IMG/VR virus record: IMGVR_UViG_3300042351_000704
Span: 45,552-109,551 of that record
Length of the DNA: 64,000 nt
Origin: a virus
Reading direction: 5' to 3' (one strand)
Shown here: positions 38,420 through 48,423 of the stretch, piece after piece
Layout of the letters: every line of letters starts with the position of its first letter
Numbering within the stretch: position 1 is the stretch's first letter
The notes under the pieces: model-generated
Database searches by the model: none
The model's input: the letters and a program-made list of their open reading frames with translations, nothing else
What the model was told of the DNA's origin: nothing
Translations under genes and position numbers: made by a program

Positions 38420-39253
38420 TTATAAGAAGGTCACTCCAAATGCATTCATTGGAGCTTCCACTTCTTCTTCTATAAAGAGAGCTTCTGTTTCTACTATCAC
38501 TTCTTCTTCCTGCTCTTCTTCCTGTACAGGCGTAATCAGCTGACCATATTCATTGATAAAGAAATCATGAACATGCTCGTGATCCTGCAAGAAACTGGAA
38601 GGGTGTGATTCTTTTAGAGCAAGGGTAATGTGATTGTACATGGCCCATGCACTGTCGGGGTGACAGTTGTACTGGTGAGACGGTTTATCTAACTCACGCT
38701 TTACAATACCCACTTGTGTAAGAGTAAGGATCTCCTGTTCTGCAAACAAGCGTCCCAGAATAGTTCCTTTTTCTTTGGTTGTTAAGTGAACATTCTTAAG
38801 CAGGGTTTTATCTTCTACCAGTCTGTTGAAATACTGCTTTGCATTTCCAATCTGTTCCTGGATAGAGATCTCAGCATCGTACAAAGCTGAACCGGTGTGT
38901 TTACGCACGAAACTTCCCATGTCACCTCTTACCACTCCGTTCATGCATACAAATACATGACCGCCAACAGCACACTTGAAACGCATGCTTTTGTTGTAAG
39001 AGTTGGACCAGGCAAACATGAGCCCCATGTCGGGATCATTACCAAAGTCGAGGTGATAAATACCTTGTGCAATCTGACCGTCCATGCTGCACTTGTATAA
39101 CTCGGTCTTCACTTGAAAACCGGATGCTACTAATTCTTTCTTAGTAGCGTCTATAACATGCCCGTGAGGGATAACTGTATATGTCTTCCCGTGTTGGGGA
39201 AGCGCTGTCTGCCTGATATGCTGTTCGGTAACAAATGATGTTTTAACTGGCAT
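38420..39253 (-). CDS. DUF932/DUF945-like protein
   Basis: YTVIPH, NSYNKSM...GGHVFVCMNG...RKHTG, SAWAMYN..T..LK; acidic tail. Confidence 0.7.
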   Translation of the reverse strand: MPVKTSFVTEQHIRQTALPQHGKTYTVIPHGHVIDATKKELVASGFQVKTELYKCSMDGQIAQGIYHLDFGNDPDMGLMFAWSNSYNKSMRFKCAVGGHVFVCMNGVVRGDMGSFVRKHTGSALYDAEISIQEQIGNAKQYFNRLVEDKTLLKNVHLTTKEKGTILGRLFAEQEILTLTQVGIVKRELDKPSHQYNCHPDSAWAMYNHITLALKESHPSSFLQDHEHVHDFFINEYGQLITPVQEEEQEEEVIVETEALFIEEEVEAPMNAFGVTFL

Positions 39254-39262
39254 ATGATTGGT

Positions 39263-41203
39263 TTAAAAAAGTAATAATTGTGTAAAGGATTTGGGTCTGA
39301 TTTTCTCAATACCCTCTATCTGCTTGTTGATCTCTTCCAGATAGTAAGTGAAGTTGATGTCGTACTGATCAATAGGGATTGCAGGATCCAGTTTGTTGAC
39401 CACGGTTTGTAACCACTGGCCACTCTCTACCTGGATCTCCCGTCCATCCGGATGACGCTTGACAATCTTGCCGCCACTGTTAGATATGAAGTAGCGTACA
39501 ATCTTTTGCAAACGGGTAAGATTAAACACACCTTCATTTAGTTCAGCGTTGTAAAGCTTCCATTCTCCTTTAGACTTGACACCGGCACAATAATCATGTA
39601 CATCTGTGTTGTCTCTGAGAAAGTCTTCCGGTTCCACTCCGTTTACAAAGTAGGCGTAGATGGCTTTTGGAATAATCAGAAAGCTCTTGTTCTTATGGAA
39701 CATGGCTACTTTCTTTTTCTCCAGGTCTTCCCATTCGAAAGCACCTTTGCACTTTACCTTGTCTTTTTTGGAGATGGCTATGTAGTTGTTGACATCACGA
39801 ATGATCATTTTCTTATACTCATCATGCTCCAGGGATAGCTTGGTAAGCTTCTCCCAGTCAGAACATATCTTCATATAAGTATCTACACACTCTGATGGAA
39901 TCATCATCTCCAGGCCGTCCGTGTTCTGCATCAGCGGTACTGCTGCAGGGATGGCCAGGGTGAGCATTTCATAGAGCATAGTCAGTAACAGTTGTCCGTT
40001 TACAGTGATCTGCATGGTCATCTTTGGATCATACAGAAAACTATTCTCGTCACCTGTCAAACCATAGGTAGAGTTTAGAATGATCTTGTATACGTAGTTC
40101 TTAGGATCGGTCTTAGGTATCTTCTTTCTTTCTTCAAAGAACCACTCGTACAGTTCCAGGAACTCTTTTTGTGGAAGATGTTCCGGGGCAAAGCCGTTCT
40201 TGATAGCCAGGTTAGGGTAGAAGCTGGTAACGTCAGAGGTCATAATAGTCCATCCTGGTTTTGCTTCATACACACCGGCTTCACGGGCTCCGTGAATACC
40301 ACCTAGTCCGTAGTCTGTTTTGACACCCCTGTAATCAACGCGGTACTTGAATCCATCTTTAGTGGATGTAATTACGGTTTTACGGAAGTAGTCGATCATT
40401 TTCTGAAACTCCGGTGTCTGGAACTGGACATAATCCAGGATGCAGTCACCCAGCACAATGTGTGTACGAGGGGTACGCAAACGTTTGAGTTCTGCTTTTT
40501 CTATACCAGTCTTTTGTTCCAGGAAATAAAGGAACAGTTCTTTAGATATCCTGGGCTCTGATGCAGAGTAGAGGTCAATGCCGTATTCTTTGGTAAGCAC
40601 CTGACGAAGACGGATCTGTTCTTTGCTATGCTCCAGGATCTGCTTGGTGCTCATGACGTCATTGATACAATAACTGATCACGTCACGCAGGTCCTGCGGG
40701 TTTTGGATGGGTTCAAAGTGGGGATGTGGCATCTCTTCCACGTTTTCCCAATCCATGGCATACTGTACCCATTTAAGAGAGCTGCTCTTGGCTTTGTTAT
40801 CCCAGTGATTCATCCTAAACAGATCAATCTGCCGGATCCACAACTTGTAGGGAGCATAGTCCAGGAACTCACCTCTGTTCTTTTTAGAGATGACCTCTTG
40901 AGCATAGGCATAGATCTTCTCCGCGATCAGTTCACCAGACATCTTTACCAACACAGGTTGGTTCTTCATTACATGCTGGGTGATCTGCGCGTCAAAGTCC
41001 AGACCGTTATAAGAAATGTGCCATTGATTCTTGGCTCTGCATTCAGCCAGAAAACTGCAGAAGGCTACGATGTCATTCTGATCCTTGTTGATCACAAAGA
41101 CCCGTTTGACGTTATCATCTTTGTAATGGACAAACACCGCAACAAACGTGTTGCAGATAGTTTCATAATCCATTACCCAGTGAATTGGTGGCTGTGCTGT
41201 CAT
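39263..41203 (-). CDS. polB: Family B DNA polymerase with 3'-5' exonuclease (crAss-like type)
   Basis: ExoI DYET, ExoII YNG..FD, ExoIII YCINDV; polymerase motifs DVTSFYPN, KIILNSTYG, NTDG. Start refined to MTAQ. Confidence 0.93.
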   Translation of the reverse strand: MTAQPPIHWVMDYETICNTFVAVFVHYKDDNVKRVFVINKDQNDIVAFCSFLAECRAKNQWHISYNGLDFDAQITQHVMKNQPVLVKMSGELIAEKIYAYAQEVISKKNRGEFLDYAPYKLWIRQIDLFRMNHWDNKAKSSSLKWVQYAMDWENVEEMPHPHFEPIQNPQDLRDVISYCINDVMSTKQILEHSKEQIRLRQVLTKEYGIDLYSASEPRISKELFLYFLEQKTGIEKAELKRLRTPRTHIVLGDCILDYVQFQTPEFQKMIDYFRKTVITSTKDGFKYRVDYRGVKTDYGLGGIHGAREAGVYEAKPGWTIMTSDVTSFYPNLAIKNGFAPEHLPQKEFLELYEWFFEERKKIPKTDPKNYVYKIILNSTYGLTGDENSFLYDPKMTMQITVNGQLLLTMLYEMLTLAIPAAVPLMQNTDGLEMMIPSECVDTYMKICSDWEKLTKLSLEHDEYKKMIIRDVNNYIAISKKDKVKCKGAFEWEDLEKKKVAMFHKNKSFLIIPKAIYAYFVNGVEPEDFLRDNTDVHDYCAGVKSKGEWKLYNAELNEGVFNLTRLQKIVRYFISNSGGKIVKRHPDGREIQVESGQWLQTVVNKLDPAIPIDQYDINFTYYLEEINKQIEGIEKIRPKSFTQLLLF

Positions 41204-41245
41204 AATGTACGTGTTCAGTTTAGCTGTTCCCCCTTGGTTCAAGAG

Positions 41246-41273
41246 AAAAAAAAAGGCAGCGTAAACTGCCTTT
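41246..41273 (-). terminator. Intrinsic terminator
   Basis: AAAGGCAG-TTTACG-CTGCCTTT followed by a T run on the - strand. Confidence 0.75.
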
Positions 41274-41301
41274 CTTAGTTGGTTTTCATAGAATCGGTTG
41301 A

Positions 41302-41709
41302 TTAAACCGTGATAATCTTGCCAGCAGTAGTGTCAATAACATTACTTGCTGACAGGTATTGGTTGTAGTCAAATGTATCTGCGTTGATAGCAAGTACATC
41401 TATAACCGCTTTGATCTCTTCTGGAAGATCCAGGTAGTACTCATAGTAAGTCTCTAAGATTTTACGCTCTTCTGCGTAATCTTTACCGTTAGTACGTTTA
41501 CCGACCTTCATCGGTTTTACATCACCAAAGTCGTCCAGCTTGGCAACCATATGCATACTCTGCTTCTTTTCCTTACCGATAAGTGCAAGTACTTTAGAAT
41601 CAGGGTCGTATATAGCTTCGTTATATGGACTCTCAGGCGTTACCGGGATGAGCTTGAAAGTCTTTTTCTGACCCCAGCTACCGGTGATTAACATCATTGT
41701 TTTTGTCAT
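41302..41709 (-). CDS. Hypothetical protein
   Basis: ORF flanked by a promoter-like element and a terminator. Confidence 0.65.
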   Translation of the reverse strand: MTKTMMLITGSWGQKKTFKLIPVTPESPYNEAIYDPDSKVLALIGKEKKQSMHMVAKLDDFGDVKPMKVGKRTNGKDYAEERKILETYYEYYLDLPEEIKAVIDVLAINADTFDYNQYLSASNVIDTTAGKIITV

Positions 41710-41723
41710 GGGTTTGTTGGATT

Positions 41724-41739
41724 GAGTTCTACAAAGTTA
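41724..41739 (-). promoter_or_regulatory. Bacteroidetes -7 promoter element TAACTTTG overlapping a GAGTTCTACA box
   Basis: CAAAGTTA at 41732-41739 is TAnnTTTG on the - strand. Confidence 0.55.
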
Positions 41740-42297
41740 GAGAACTTTCTTCAAGTTCTCCAAATGTTCTACAGGTATTTTTAAAGTTTCTTTCTCCAGG
41801 TCACAGGGATCGCACAGTTCTCCTACCTGTGTAAGCAGTTCAGGTTCTATACCAAGGAGCTTGGCATAAACATCTACATACTTTTCCGGGTATAAATAAG
41901 AGTCGATGTACTTGTACTCTGAGCTCTGCTCTCCGTAATACTGCTTGATAGCACGCTTCAGGGGATTAGTAAACTTGGAGTAGTGACCCATGATAAAGTT
42001 GAACCAGTCATTCTGGTATCCTGAATAATCGAAGGTGTATACACTGTAATCTTCTACATGCACGATCTTTTCAAACAACGGGTTGGTTATCAACAGTTGT
42101 TGTTCAAAGCTTCTGAATCCTTCTGAGTTGTCTTCTTTAAATGTGCAAACCAGTTTCATATCCTCGGGGTTGATCAGCCCCTCCAGCGCGATGTACGTGC
42201 CGGAAGGAGCATGGACCGAAGTCCGCTTGATCCCCAGTGCCGGATATAGAAACGATCTTGATTTCTGAAAGTACTTCGTATACAAACTATCTATCAT
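41737..42297 (-). CDS. Conserved hypothetical protein of the replication module
   Basis: YFQKSRSFLYPALGI...G.YSK pattern; adjacent to the nuclease gene. Confidence 0.6.
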   Translation of the reverse strand: MIDSLYTKYFQKSRSFLYPALGIKRTSVHAPSGTYIALEGLINPEDMKLVCTFKEDNSEGFRSFEQQLLITNPLFEKIVHVEDYSVYTFDYSGYQNDWFNFIMGHYSKFTNPLKRAIKQYYGEQSSEYKYIDSYLYPEKYVDVYAKLLGIEPELLTQVGELCDPCDLEKETLKIPVEHLENLKKVL

Positions 42298-42308
42298 TGA
42301 TTACCATT

Positions 42309-43352
42309 TTATAGAGCAGCCAGACCTTTTGCAAATTGGTAAGGCAGCTCAAAGCTTCTATTAGTGTAATGCCAATCGGCAATGTCTAGTGTTTCTTTAA
42401 ATCGTTCCATCCAGCTGTTAAGCGTACTCTCCTTTACAGGATAAGCATACGTCTGGAAGAAACGGTCAATTACTACAAAGTGAAACTTGTAGTTGTATCC
42501 ATTTTTGAGCAGATCACCATACTGAAGAGCAACCAGGATTGAGTATACGGCTGCCTGCATCCAGTAAGAGTAATACTCTACTGATTCTGCAAAGTCCTTC
42601 AGATCTTTAGAAGTTGTCTTGATATCATTTACGTAGATGATTTTGTTGTCATGATCTATTACGATGTTATCAATGATGCCTTTTAATCCAAAGGAACGGT
42701 TAGCCAGATCACTCTGGAAGAAACATTCGTTGATTACTTCCAGGTTGTCAAACTCGGTGCTGTTAGTACCAATGAGCTGGCAGATCTGCTTGTTAGTCTT
42801 GATCAGGTCCACTGCGTTCTTACAGAACTCAAATGTTTCCTGGTCAATAAGTACCTTGGATCCTTTGCTCTTCAAGAACTGAAAGCAGTTCTCGGTTTCT
42901 GTAGACAGCACTTTGTCCAGGCGCTGCTGGTCAGTCTTTAAACTTTGGTGGTAGTTGATCTCTTTCATCACGTCCAGGATTTCGTCCTGTAGATCTGAGA
43001 GTTTTTCTACACCAAGAGCATCATAAGATGCACGGTTGTTTTGAAACTGTGCGTGCACCTTGTCAATCACTGTACGCAGCGTACCGGTAGGAAGGTTAGC
43101 CGGAGAGACCACGAACTGGTCTTTGAACTTTTCTTCTTCCAGTAACAAAGCATGAATGATTTTGCCCTGCACCAGGTGGGTGTCCAGGCGTTCTTCCTTC
43201 ATACCCATTACATAGAGCTGATAAAATACAGCCGGGCTATACAGCAGCTTGTTTAAAGAGCTGTAACTGAAATAGAACTTCTTATCATAGAAGTCCTTTT
43301 CTATAAACTTGACTGACTCTTCCATCAGTTCTTCAAATAATACTTCACTCAT
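42309..43352 (-). CDS. PD-(D/E)xK (RecB/Cas4-like) nuclease
   Basis: FSYSSL, G..IH, KGIIDN...NDIKTT, YWMQAAVY. Confidence 0.85.
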   Translation of the reverse strand: MSEVLFEELMEESVKFIEKDFYDKKFYFSYSSLNKLLYSPAVFYQLYVMGMKEERLDTHLVQGKIIHALLLEEEKFKDQFVVSPANLPTGTLRTVIDKVHAQFQNNRASYDALGVEKLSDLQDEILDVMKEINYHQSLKTDQQRLDKVLSTETENCFQFLKSKGSKVLIDQETFEFCKNAVDLIKTNKQICQLIGTNSTEFDNLEVINECFFQSDLANRSFGLKGIIDNIVIDHDNKIIYVNDIKTTSKDLKDFAESVEYYSYWMQAAVYSILVALQYGDLLKNGYNYKFHFVVIDRFFQTYAYPVKESTLNSWMERFKETLDIADWHYTNRSFELPYQFAKGLAAL

Positions 43353-43355
43353 GTT

Positions 43356-43601
43356 TTAGGATTTTGGTTTCCACACACCTTCCAGGGTAAGAAAGTGCTG
43401 GATGCGTTTGGCCGTAGCCTGGTCGTATGTAAGGGCTTCTGTCATTTCTATAAAGTGATAGAGCTCTTCTATTTTTTCCTTGTCATCCGCTGCTGTGTTT
43501 TTTTCCATAGCGTTTGCTACTCTTTCAAGCTGACGTGCTATTTCAGGCAGCGTATGTTGTATAAGTTTTTGACCCATTACGGTCTCATGTAGTTCCGGCA
43601 T
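43356..43601 (-). CDS. Hypothetical protein
   Basis: ORF in operon (LHET.MG.K....LP.IA..L..A). Confidence 0.6.
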   Translation of the reverse strand: MPELHETVMGQKLIQHTLPEIARQLERVANAMEKNTAADDKEKIEELYHFIEMTEALTYDQATAKRIQHFLTLEGVWKPKS

Positions 43602-43604
43602 GTG

Positions 43605-43871
43605 TTATGGATTTAGCGGGTTAGTACCATCTTCATTGAGTGGCAGTTCTTCTATGTCATCGTACCAGATCTGGAGAGAGCCCAGTTCTTGTTCACATAG
43701 CTCTGCATCAAAAGTCTCTATAATAACACCAAGACCATCATCGGTCTGCTTGATTTCTACATCAAGTTTACCAACTCTGACCCACAGTGTACCGGTGTCG
43801 GGTTTTAGTGATAGAGTAAAGTCTGGACCACCTTCGTTATACTCTGTTATTTTAAAGGGTAAGTACTCCAT
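43605..43871 (-). CDS. Hypothetical acidic protein
   Basis: Start refined to MEYLPF. Confidence 0.55.
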   Translation of the reverse strand: MEYLPFKITEYNEGGPDFTLSLKPDTGTLWVRVGKLDVEIKQTDDGLGVIIETFDAELCEQELGSLQIWYDDIEELPLNEDGTNPLNP

Positions 43872-44256
43872 TTTTTTCTGCTTTTGTTTTCTTGTCATGG
43901 CAGGTGCAGCATAACACCTGCAGGTTGTCTTGCTCACAGAAAAGTCGTTCAATAAAACCGGGTAAATCATTTGCACAGTTCAGAGAACCGGCTGGTATGA
44001 TGTGGTCTACGTTGATCTTCTTTTCCGGGAAATATGCTTTACATTCAGCACAGAGATACTCGTACTGTTGTCTCTTATTAGGACCTTTATATTTTCTGCG
44101 TGCGGCCATCTTTGCCTGCGTGATAGGTTTCCACCAGCGGGACTTCTGGCGCAGTGCAGACCGGATAAAACTCCAGAAAGCAGACTCGGTCATAGTGCCT
44201 GCGTTACGGGTTTTGGCAACTCTGGGTTTCTTGGGAGCGGTAGTTTTCCTAGGCAT
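43852..44256 (-). CDS. HNH endonuclease
   Basis: FIRSALR...W, CAEC, VDHIIP, NLQVLCCTCH..KT. Confidence 0.85.
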   Translation of the reverse strand: MPRKTTAPKKPRVAKTRNAGTMTESAFWSFIRSALRQKSRWWKPITQAKMAARRKYKGPNKRQQYEYLCAECKAYFPEKKINVDHIIPAGSLNCANDLPGFIERLFCEQDNLQVLCCTCHDKKTKAEKNGVLTL

Positions 44257-44257
44257 A

Positions 44258-44293
44258 TTGTAGATTAAGGTCTACAAATATACTGTAGAACTT
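44258..44293 (-). promoter_or_regulatory. Promoter TATATTTG with adjacent AAGTTCTACA box and TTGTAGA/TCTACAA palindrome
   Basis: CAAATATA 44275-44282; TGTAGAACTT 44284-44293; TTGTAGA-N6-TCTACAA 44258-44277. Confidence 0.6.
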
Positions 44294-45278
44294 ATGAGTT
44301 CTCTAACTTTTTATTCAACAAGGGTACCAGGCGCAGGAATACCTGCTTGGCACCAAAGTCTTTAATAGAGTCAGATGGATCTTTACTCATAGGTAATACA
44401 CAGGTTTCTACATCGGGATAGGTTTCCCTGTACTTTTCCATGGCTTTGATACCGGGCTCATCGTAGTCAAACAGGATCACCACCTTTTGATAGTCTTTGA
44501 TGTACTGCTGCATGAGCTCTTTACGAATGACAGAGTTTTCTGAGTCCGGGGCTATAACATCCATAGAAAGCTTTAGGCTTTTTAGTGCCATGATGTCTTT
44601 TAGGGATGATGTGATAACCAGGAACTTATGACCTTTAAGCTGTTCAGAACCTTGTACATAGTCGCTGATCTTCAGGAACTTTTTGTCTACGGTCTTGGGC
44701 TGATAGATCTTATAGAGCGTCCCATCCTTTTTAAAATAGCCATATAGGTAGTTACCGGTGATGGTCAGTGAATTGACTTTACCATCCACGTCCTTTTCGA
44801 GGGTGTAATTCTCTAATGGACGGACATTGTACTCGTCCAGTAAACGAGACCCGATGTTAAACTGGGTCCAGAAGTACTGATCTTTAGTATTCCAGGATCG
44901 GAACACGTACTGTGATATCTTATACTTGCTAGCTTGTTTGAATTCCTGCACATCATACCCGCCATTGTTATGTAGTACATAGTCGTTATACTTTTCTATA
45001 ACCGTATTACAAGTTTTGTGATACGGCATTTGAGTAATCTCTTTGACCAGGTCAATGGCAGAGCCCTGTTTACCAGACGAGAAGTCTTTATACTTATAAG
45101 TATTCTTGCTTGCGTCATAGTAGATGCACATAGATGGGGTACGTTCCTTTGCGTTGAACATACTCTTGATCTTGACATCCTGACCGCTCAGCTTTTCTTT
45201 AAGTTTACAATAGTGTTCAAAGATCCAGGAGACAGGAACATCCTTGACATCGTGCACCAGATTTTTAGTTGTAAACAT
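44292..45278 (-). CDS. DNA primase (crAss-like, TOPRIM)
   Basis: ERTPSM..Y...YKDFSSG N-domain; ITSSLKD, APDSE, FDYDEPG, KDPSD. Confidence 0.88.
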   Translation of the reverse strand: MFTTKNLVHDVKDVPVSWIFEHYCKLKEKLSGQDVKIKSMFNAKERTPSMCIYYDASKNTYKYKDFSSGKQGSAIDLVKEITQMPYHKTCNTVIEKYNDYVLHNNGGYDVQEFKQASKYKISQYVFRSWNTKDQYFWTQFNIGSRLLDEYNVRPLENYTLEKDVDGKVNSLTITGNYLYGYFKKDGTLYKIYQPKTVDKKFLKISDYVQGSEQLKGHKFLVITSSLKDIMALKSLKLSMDVIAPDSENSVIRKELMQQYIKDYQKVVILFDYDEPGIKAMEKYRETYPDVETCVLPMSKDPSDSIKDFGAKQVFLRLVPLLNKKLENS

Positions 45279-45298
45279 GATCTACGGGTTAAGTGTGT

Positions 45299-45329
45299 AA
45301 AAAAATGGGGGAGAGTAGAAACCCTCCCC
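45299..45329 (-). terminator. Probable intrinsic terminator
   Basis: GGGGAG/CTCCCC stem followed by a T-rich run on the - strand. Confidence 0.6.
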
Positions 45330-45370
45330 GCTATTCTCATTTTTTACAGATCTACTTGTAAAAGAGTTTC

Positions 45371-45985
45371 TTACATGTCAAAGTCATTGTTGACAGGCTC
45401 AAAGCTTCCCACCGGCTTTGCAGATGCAAGCGGCTTAAAGTGGTAAGGATTGTTTTTGTCAAACTTTTCAAGCTTGGCTTCATCAACAGAGCAGAACTTG
45501 TACTTCGGTAGCGCCAGCTTTAAGATGGTCTTACCGTTGTATTCTTCTTCCTTACCGTTTAAGAACCAGTAAGCATCGTGACCTTTTAACAGGTTCACTG
45601 CCTGAGCAACCCAGTCTTCCAGTGAAGAAGCCTGTATGTTGTCTACAGCGTCACGAAGACCGATCTCTTGTGCGATCACCAGGATCTTGTACATGATCTC
45701 GTTCTTAGTAGCATTGGTTTCTGCGTGCTGATCTGTCCAGATCGTTGCAGTTACACGGGCGGACAAGCCTTTGAACTTTGGACCATCCTGGTCATTTTTG
45801 TCTATACTCCATCCTTCAAAATCAGGAATAGCCGGGCCTTCTAATACAAGCTCCAAACTCTTCTTGTCTCCATTCTTGGATGTTCTTACTTGCCCGCTGA
45901 AGATGTGGGCATACACTACACCTGGTTGGAATGATTTTTGATTTCCACCACCAGTTTTTACTTCTTGTCCTTTTGTACTGAACAT
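45371..45985 (-). CDS. Putative single-stranded DNA-binding protein
   Basis: Lies between primase and AAA_24 ATPase; beta-rich with acidic-aromatic tail NNDFDM. Confidence 0.5.
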   Translation of the reverse strand: MFSTKGQEVKTGGGNQKSFQPGVVYAHIFSGQVRTSKNGDKKSLELVLEGPAIPDFEGWSIDKNDQDGPKFKGLSARVTATIWTDQHAETNATKNEIMYKILVIAQEIGLRDAVDNIQASSLEDWVAQAVNLLKGHDAYWFLNGKEEEYNGKTILKLALPKYKFCSVDEAKLEKFDKNNPYHFKPLASAKPVGSFEPVNNDFDM

Positions 45986-46017
45986 AGGTTGTTATTTAAA
46001 AATTAATATGTGAGGGG

Positions 46018-46701
46018 TTAGTTTTCGTAAGCAAGGATTGATTGTCTTACCAGCTCCAGATCGTTGACAATCTCGAAGTCAGGGAACATATCCTTGGGTG
46101 CCTTGCAGGTGTTTTCACCATTGTTGCGGGTTTCAAAAACGTGGCGGATGTTACCGTCCTTGTCTTTTTTCACTTTGCCAAATAATACCACGGAGAACAA
46201 GCCTTCTAGTGTGAGCTTTTCGTCCACCATTTTACCGATGGTTTTAGCTTTGAACTTGCGCTTGCCTTCCATGTCAGTGGATTCTTCTGCATGGGTTAAA
46301 AAGAATACCATCAGATCATCTCTGAGGTCTTTAGGCATACGAGCGATGCGGGCCAGATGGGCACCGATCTGCGTAAACTTCTCATAGCCTTTCTCGTCTA
46401 CACGGTCAAAGAACTCAAAAGAGCTCATATACTGAAAGTCATCAATAATGAGGTTCTTGATCTCTTTGCGTTTTTCATTTACATACTTAATGCATGCCTC
46501 TATATTCTGAGGAGAGTTTCCATAGTACATATTACCCTGGGGATTGTCTTTACCCCAGATTGTATACTTCTTCTTCCATCCCTTGAAGGGGAGGGCTTTA
46601 TTAGCTACATTGATAATGAATGTTTCTGCCGGATTCAGGTTTTCAATTGCTGTGGATTTACCTGCACCGGATTCTGCGATCACGAGGATTCCGTTTGCCA
46701 T
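46018..46701 (-). CDS. AAA_24 / Sak4-like ATPase
   Basis: AESGAGKST, IIDDFQY, KTIGKMVDEK..EGLFSVVL, TCKAP. Confidence 0.85.
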   Translation of the reverse strand: MANGILVIAESGAGKSTAIENLNPAETFIINVANKALPFKGWKKKYTIWGKDNPQGNMYYGNSPQNIEACIKYVNEKRKEIKNLIIDDFQYMSSFEFFDRVDEKGYEKFTQIGAHLARIARMPKDLRDDLMVFFLTHAEESTDMEGKRKFKAKTIGKMVDEKLTLEGLFSVVLFGKVKKDKDGNIRHVFETRNNGENTCKAPKDMFPDFEIVNDLELVRQSILAYEN

Positions 46702-46703
46702 AG

Positions 46704-47336
46704 TTAAAATGGAGGTTTATTGTTCTGGGTAACGAGTCTGTTAACCCAGTCTTTTGAACTGACAGGCTGCCTGGTCTGAATCGCGATGTAGTCTCTAAGG
46801 GTCATTTCTGAATAGGGTACATCAGGCTCAGCTACCGGGGCCTGTGGTTTAGAAGTAAAGAGCTGCTGAGGTTTTGGTTCAACCGGTGCTGTATTCTTAG
46901 AAAAGAATCGGTCGTTGCTGAGAACGGCTGAGTCTTTAGAGATAGCTACCGATTGCGCGTTAACAAGCCTGAGCTCGTCTACGGGAACTAGATAGGATGT
47001 TCCTTTCTCGTTCATCTCATACTCTTCTTCAAAGTTGTCGTTACGGGCAATCCGATACACTTTGCGGTCGTTTTCCATTGGATCTAAATCCCTGGTGACC
47101 AGTTCAAAGAAAAATCCTTTGTCCTTCTTGAACTCTGAAGCAAACACTCCTACGACATAGCGTCCATGACGGTCGTAGAAAGCCATCTTCATGTTGAAGT
47201 CCAACGGTGAAATACCCAGGTCACCGATCAGCGGCATATGGTATGCACGGATCTGATCAAGCTTCTGTTTCTTCCATTCTTTGGGGTTGCCGTACCTGTC
47301 TACTTCGGGTTGTTGTAGTACGTTTTCGTTTGACAT
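46704..47336 (-). CDS. Hypothetical protein
   Basis: Start refined to MSNE; C-terminal MTLRDYIAI motif. Confidence 0.6.
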   Translation of the reverse strand: MSNENVLQQPEVDRYGNPKEWKKQKLDQIRAYHMPLIGDLGISPLDFNMKMAFYDRHGRYVVGVFASEFKKDKGFFFELVTRDLDPMENDRKVYRIARNDNFEEEYEMNEKGTSYLVPVDELRLVNAQSVAISKDSAVLSNDRFFSKNTAPVEPKPQQLFTSKPQAPVAEPDVPYSEMTLRDYIAIQTRQPVSSKDWVNRLVTQNNKPPF

Positions 47337-47349
47337 TGTACGTTGATTT

Positions 47350-48423
47350 TTAAAGTTCTTCTCCAACATCAGCCGATATAGGTCTGCGTCCTCCGTTACC
47401 GGAAGGATTACCAGATGCACGGCTTTGATTAAATGGCACATAGTTGGAGCCTCCTTGTGCCATCTGTGGTTCTACGGTCTCAATCATGCGCTGCCTGTTA
47501 AACTCCGCATCAAAGAACAGGACGTTGTCGTCACTGCCTCCGTTACGGGCTTTTAAGATGTGCAGGAAGATCTGGTTCTTGTGCGTGATCCATTTCTTGG
47601 GACCGTAAAGATTGATGTTAGCTCTGAAGGGACGGTTAACAGCGACCACCATGTCTGAAGATTGCATCAGGGCGTCACCGCCAAAGATGTCACCGGACGT
47701 GGGATAGTTTGCCACCTGACCCGGATGGGTGCGGGAAGCTTCTTCCATAGTGCGGTTCATCTGTGTAATCATCAGTACGATGATAGGTAGTTCGTTCTTA
47801 AGCTGCATCAGCATTTCCGCTGTGTTGTATAAGACATCAAACTTGTCCTTGTCACCGGTTCCTTTCTTGATCAGCCAGCTGTGATCAATCGTTACCACCA
47901 TGGGTTTTGCTCCCATAGCTTCGTAGTAATACCGGATGGCCTTTTCTATTTCCGGTACAGGGATAGGCTTCTTAATAAGCTTACGCTGCACACCGGTCTT
48001 TTCCAGGGCCACTGTATCTGCCAGATGTTTTTGCATTTGTCCGTATACAAAATCATCCAGTTGTTTATAAGAGCTGAGGACATGGTTGTAATCCATGGCC
48101 ACTTCAGCTGCAAACTGACGCGCTGCATACTGTTTGTCACCCATCTCAAACTGGAACTCCAGGATAGAAAAATCCTGGTCAGGATTGTGAAGGCGTGACT
48201 CCCTCAGTATCTGGGAGACTATCATGGTCTTACCGGAACCAGGTCTAGCTCCAATAGTGAGCATCGATCCCCATTCCAGTCCACCTATACCGGCATAATT
48301 CAGCCCGGTCCAGGGAGTCTTGAAAGACTTTACCCGGCCTGTTCTGCGGTCGTCTATATAACGGAGACCTTCTGCAAGGACCTCCGACATGTTTTTTGCC
48401 CCATAGGGCATAGTTGTACTCAT
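47350..48423 (-). CDS. SF4 DnaB-like replicative helicase (lacks DnaB N-terminal domain)
   Basis: GARPGSGKT, FEM, IDH, QMNR, D..G.D...Q..D, ILKARNG. Confidence 0.9.
   Translation of the reverse strand: MSTTMPYGAKNMSEVLAEGLRYIDDRRTGRVKSFKTPWTGLNYAGIGGLEWGSMLTIGARPGSGKTMIVSQILRESRLHNPDQDFSILEFQFEMGDKQYAARQFAAEVAMDYNHVLSSYKQLDDFVYGQMQKHLADTVALEKTGVQRKLIKKPIPVPEIEKAIRYYYEAMGAKPMVVTIDHSWLIKKGTGDKDKFDVLYNTAEMLMQLKNELPIIVLMITQMNRTMEEASRTHPGQVANYPTSGDIFGGDALMQSSDMVVAVNRPFRANINLYGPKKWITHKNQIFLHILKARNGGSDDNVLFFDAEFNRQRMIETVEPQMAQGGSNYVPFNQSRASGNPSGNGGRRPISADVGEEL

Noticed and set aside
17890-41203. Inteins or introns in the RNAP or DNA polymerase
   Set aside because: Catalytic motifs are contiguous, and no C...HN splice junctions or LAGLIDADG blocks were seen.
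40628-41278. 216-aa + strand ORF and the many other antisense or nested ORFs in the track
   Set aside because: They are shadows of well-supported genes on the opposite strand or frame and carry no motifs.
42309-43352. Cas4 or a CRISPR system
   Set aside because: No Fe-S Cys cluster, no array and no other cas genes; it is an ordinary replication-module nuclease.
43852-44256. HNH as an intron-encoded homing endonuclease
   Set aside because: Free-standing, and no flanking gene is interrupted.
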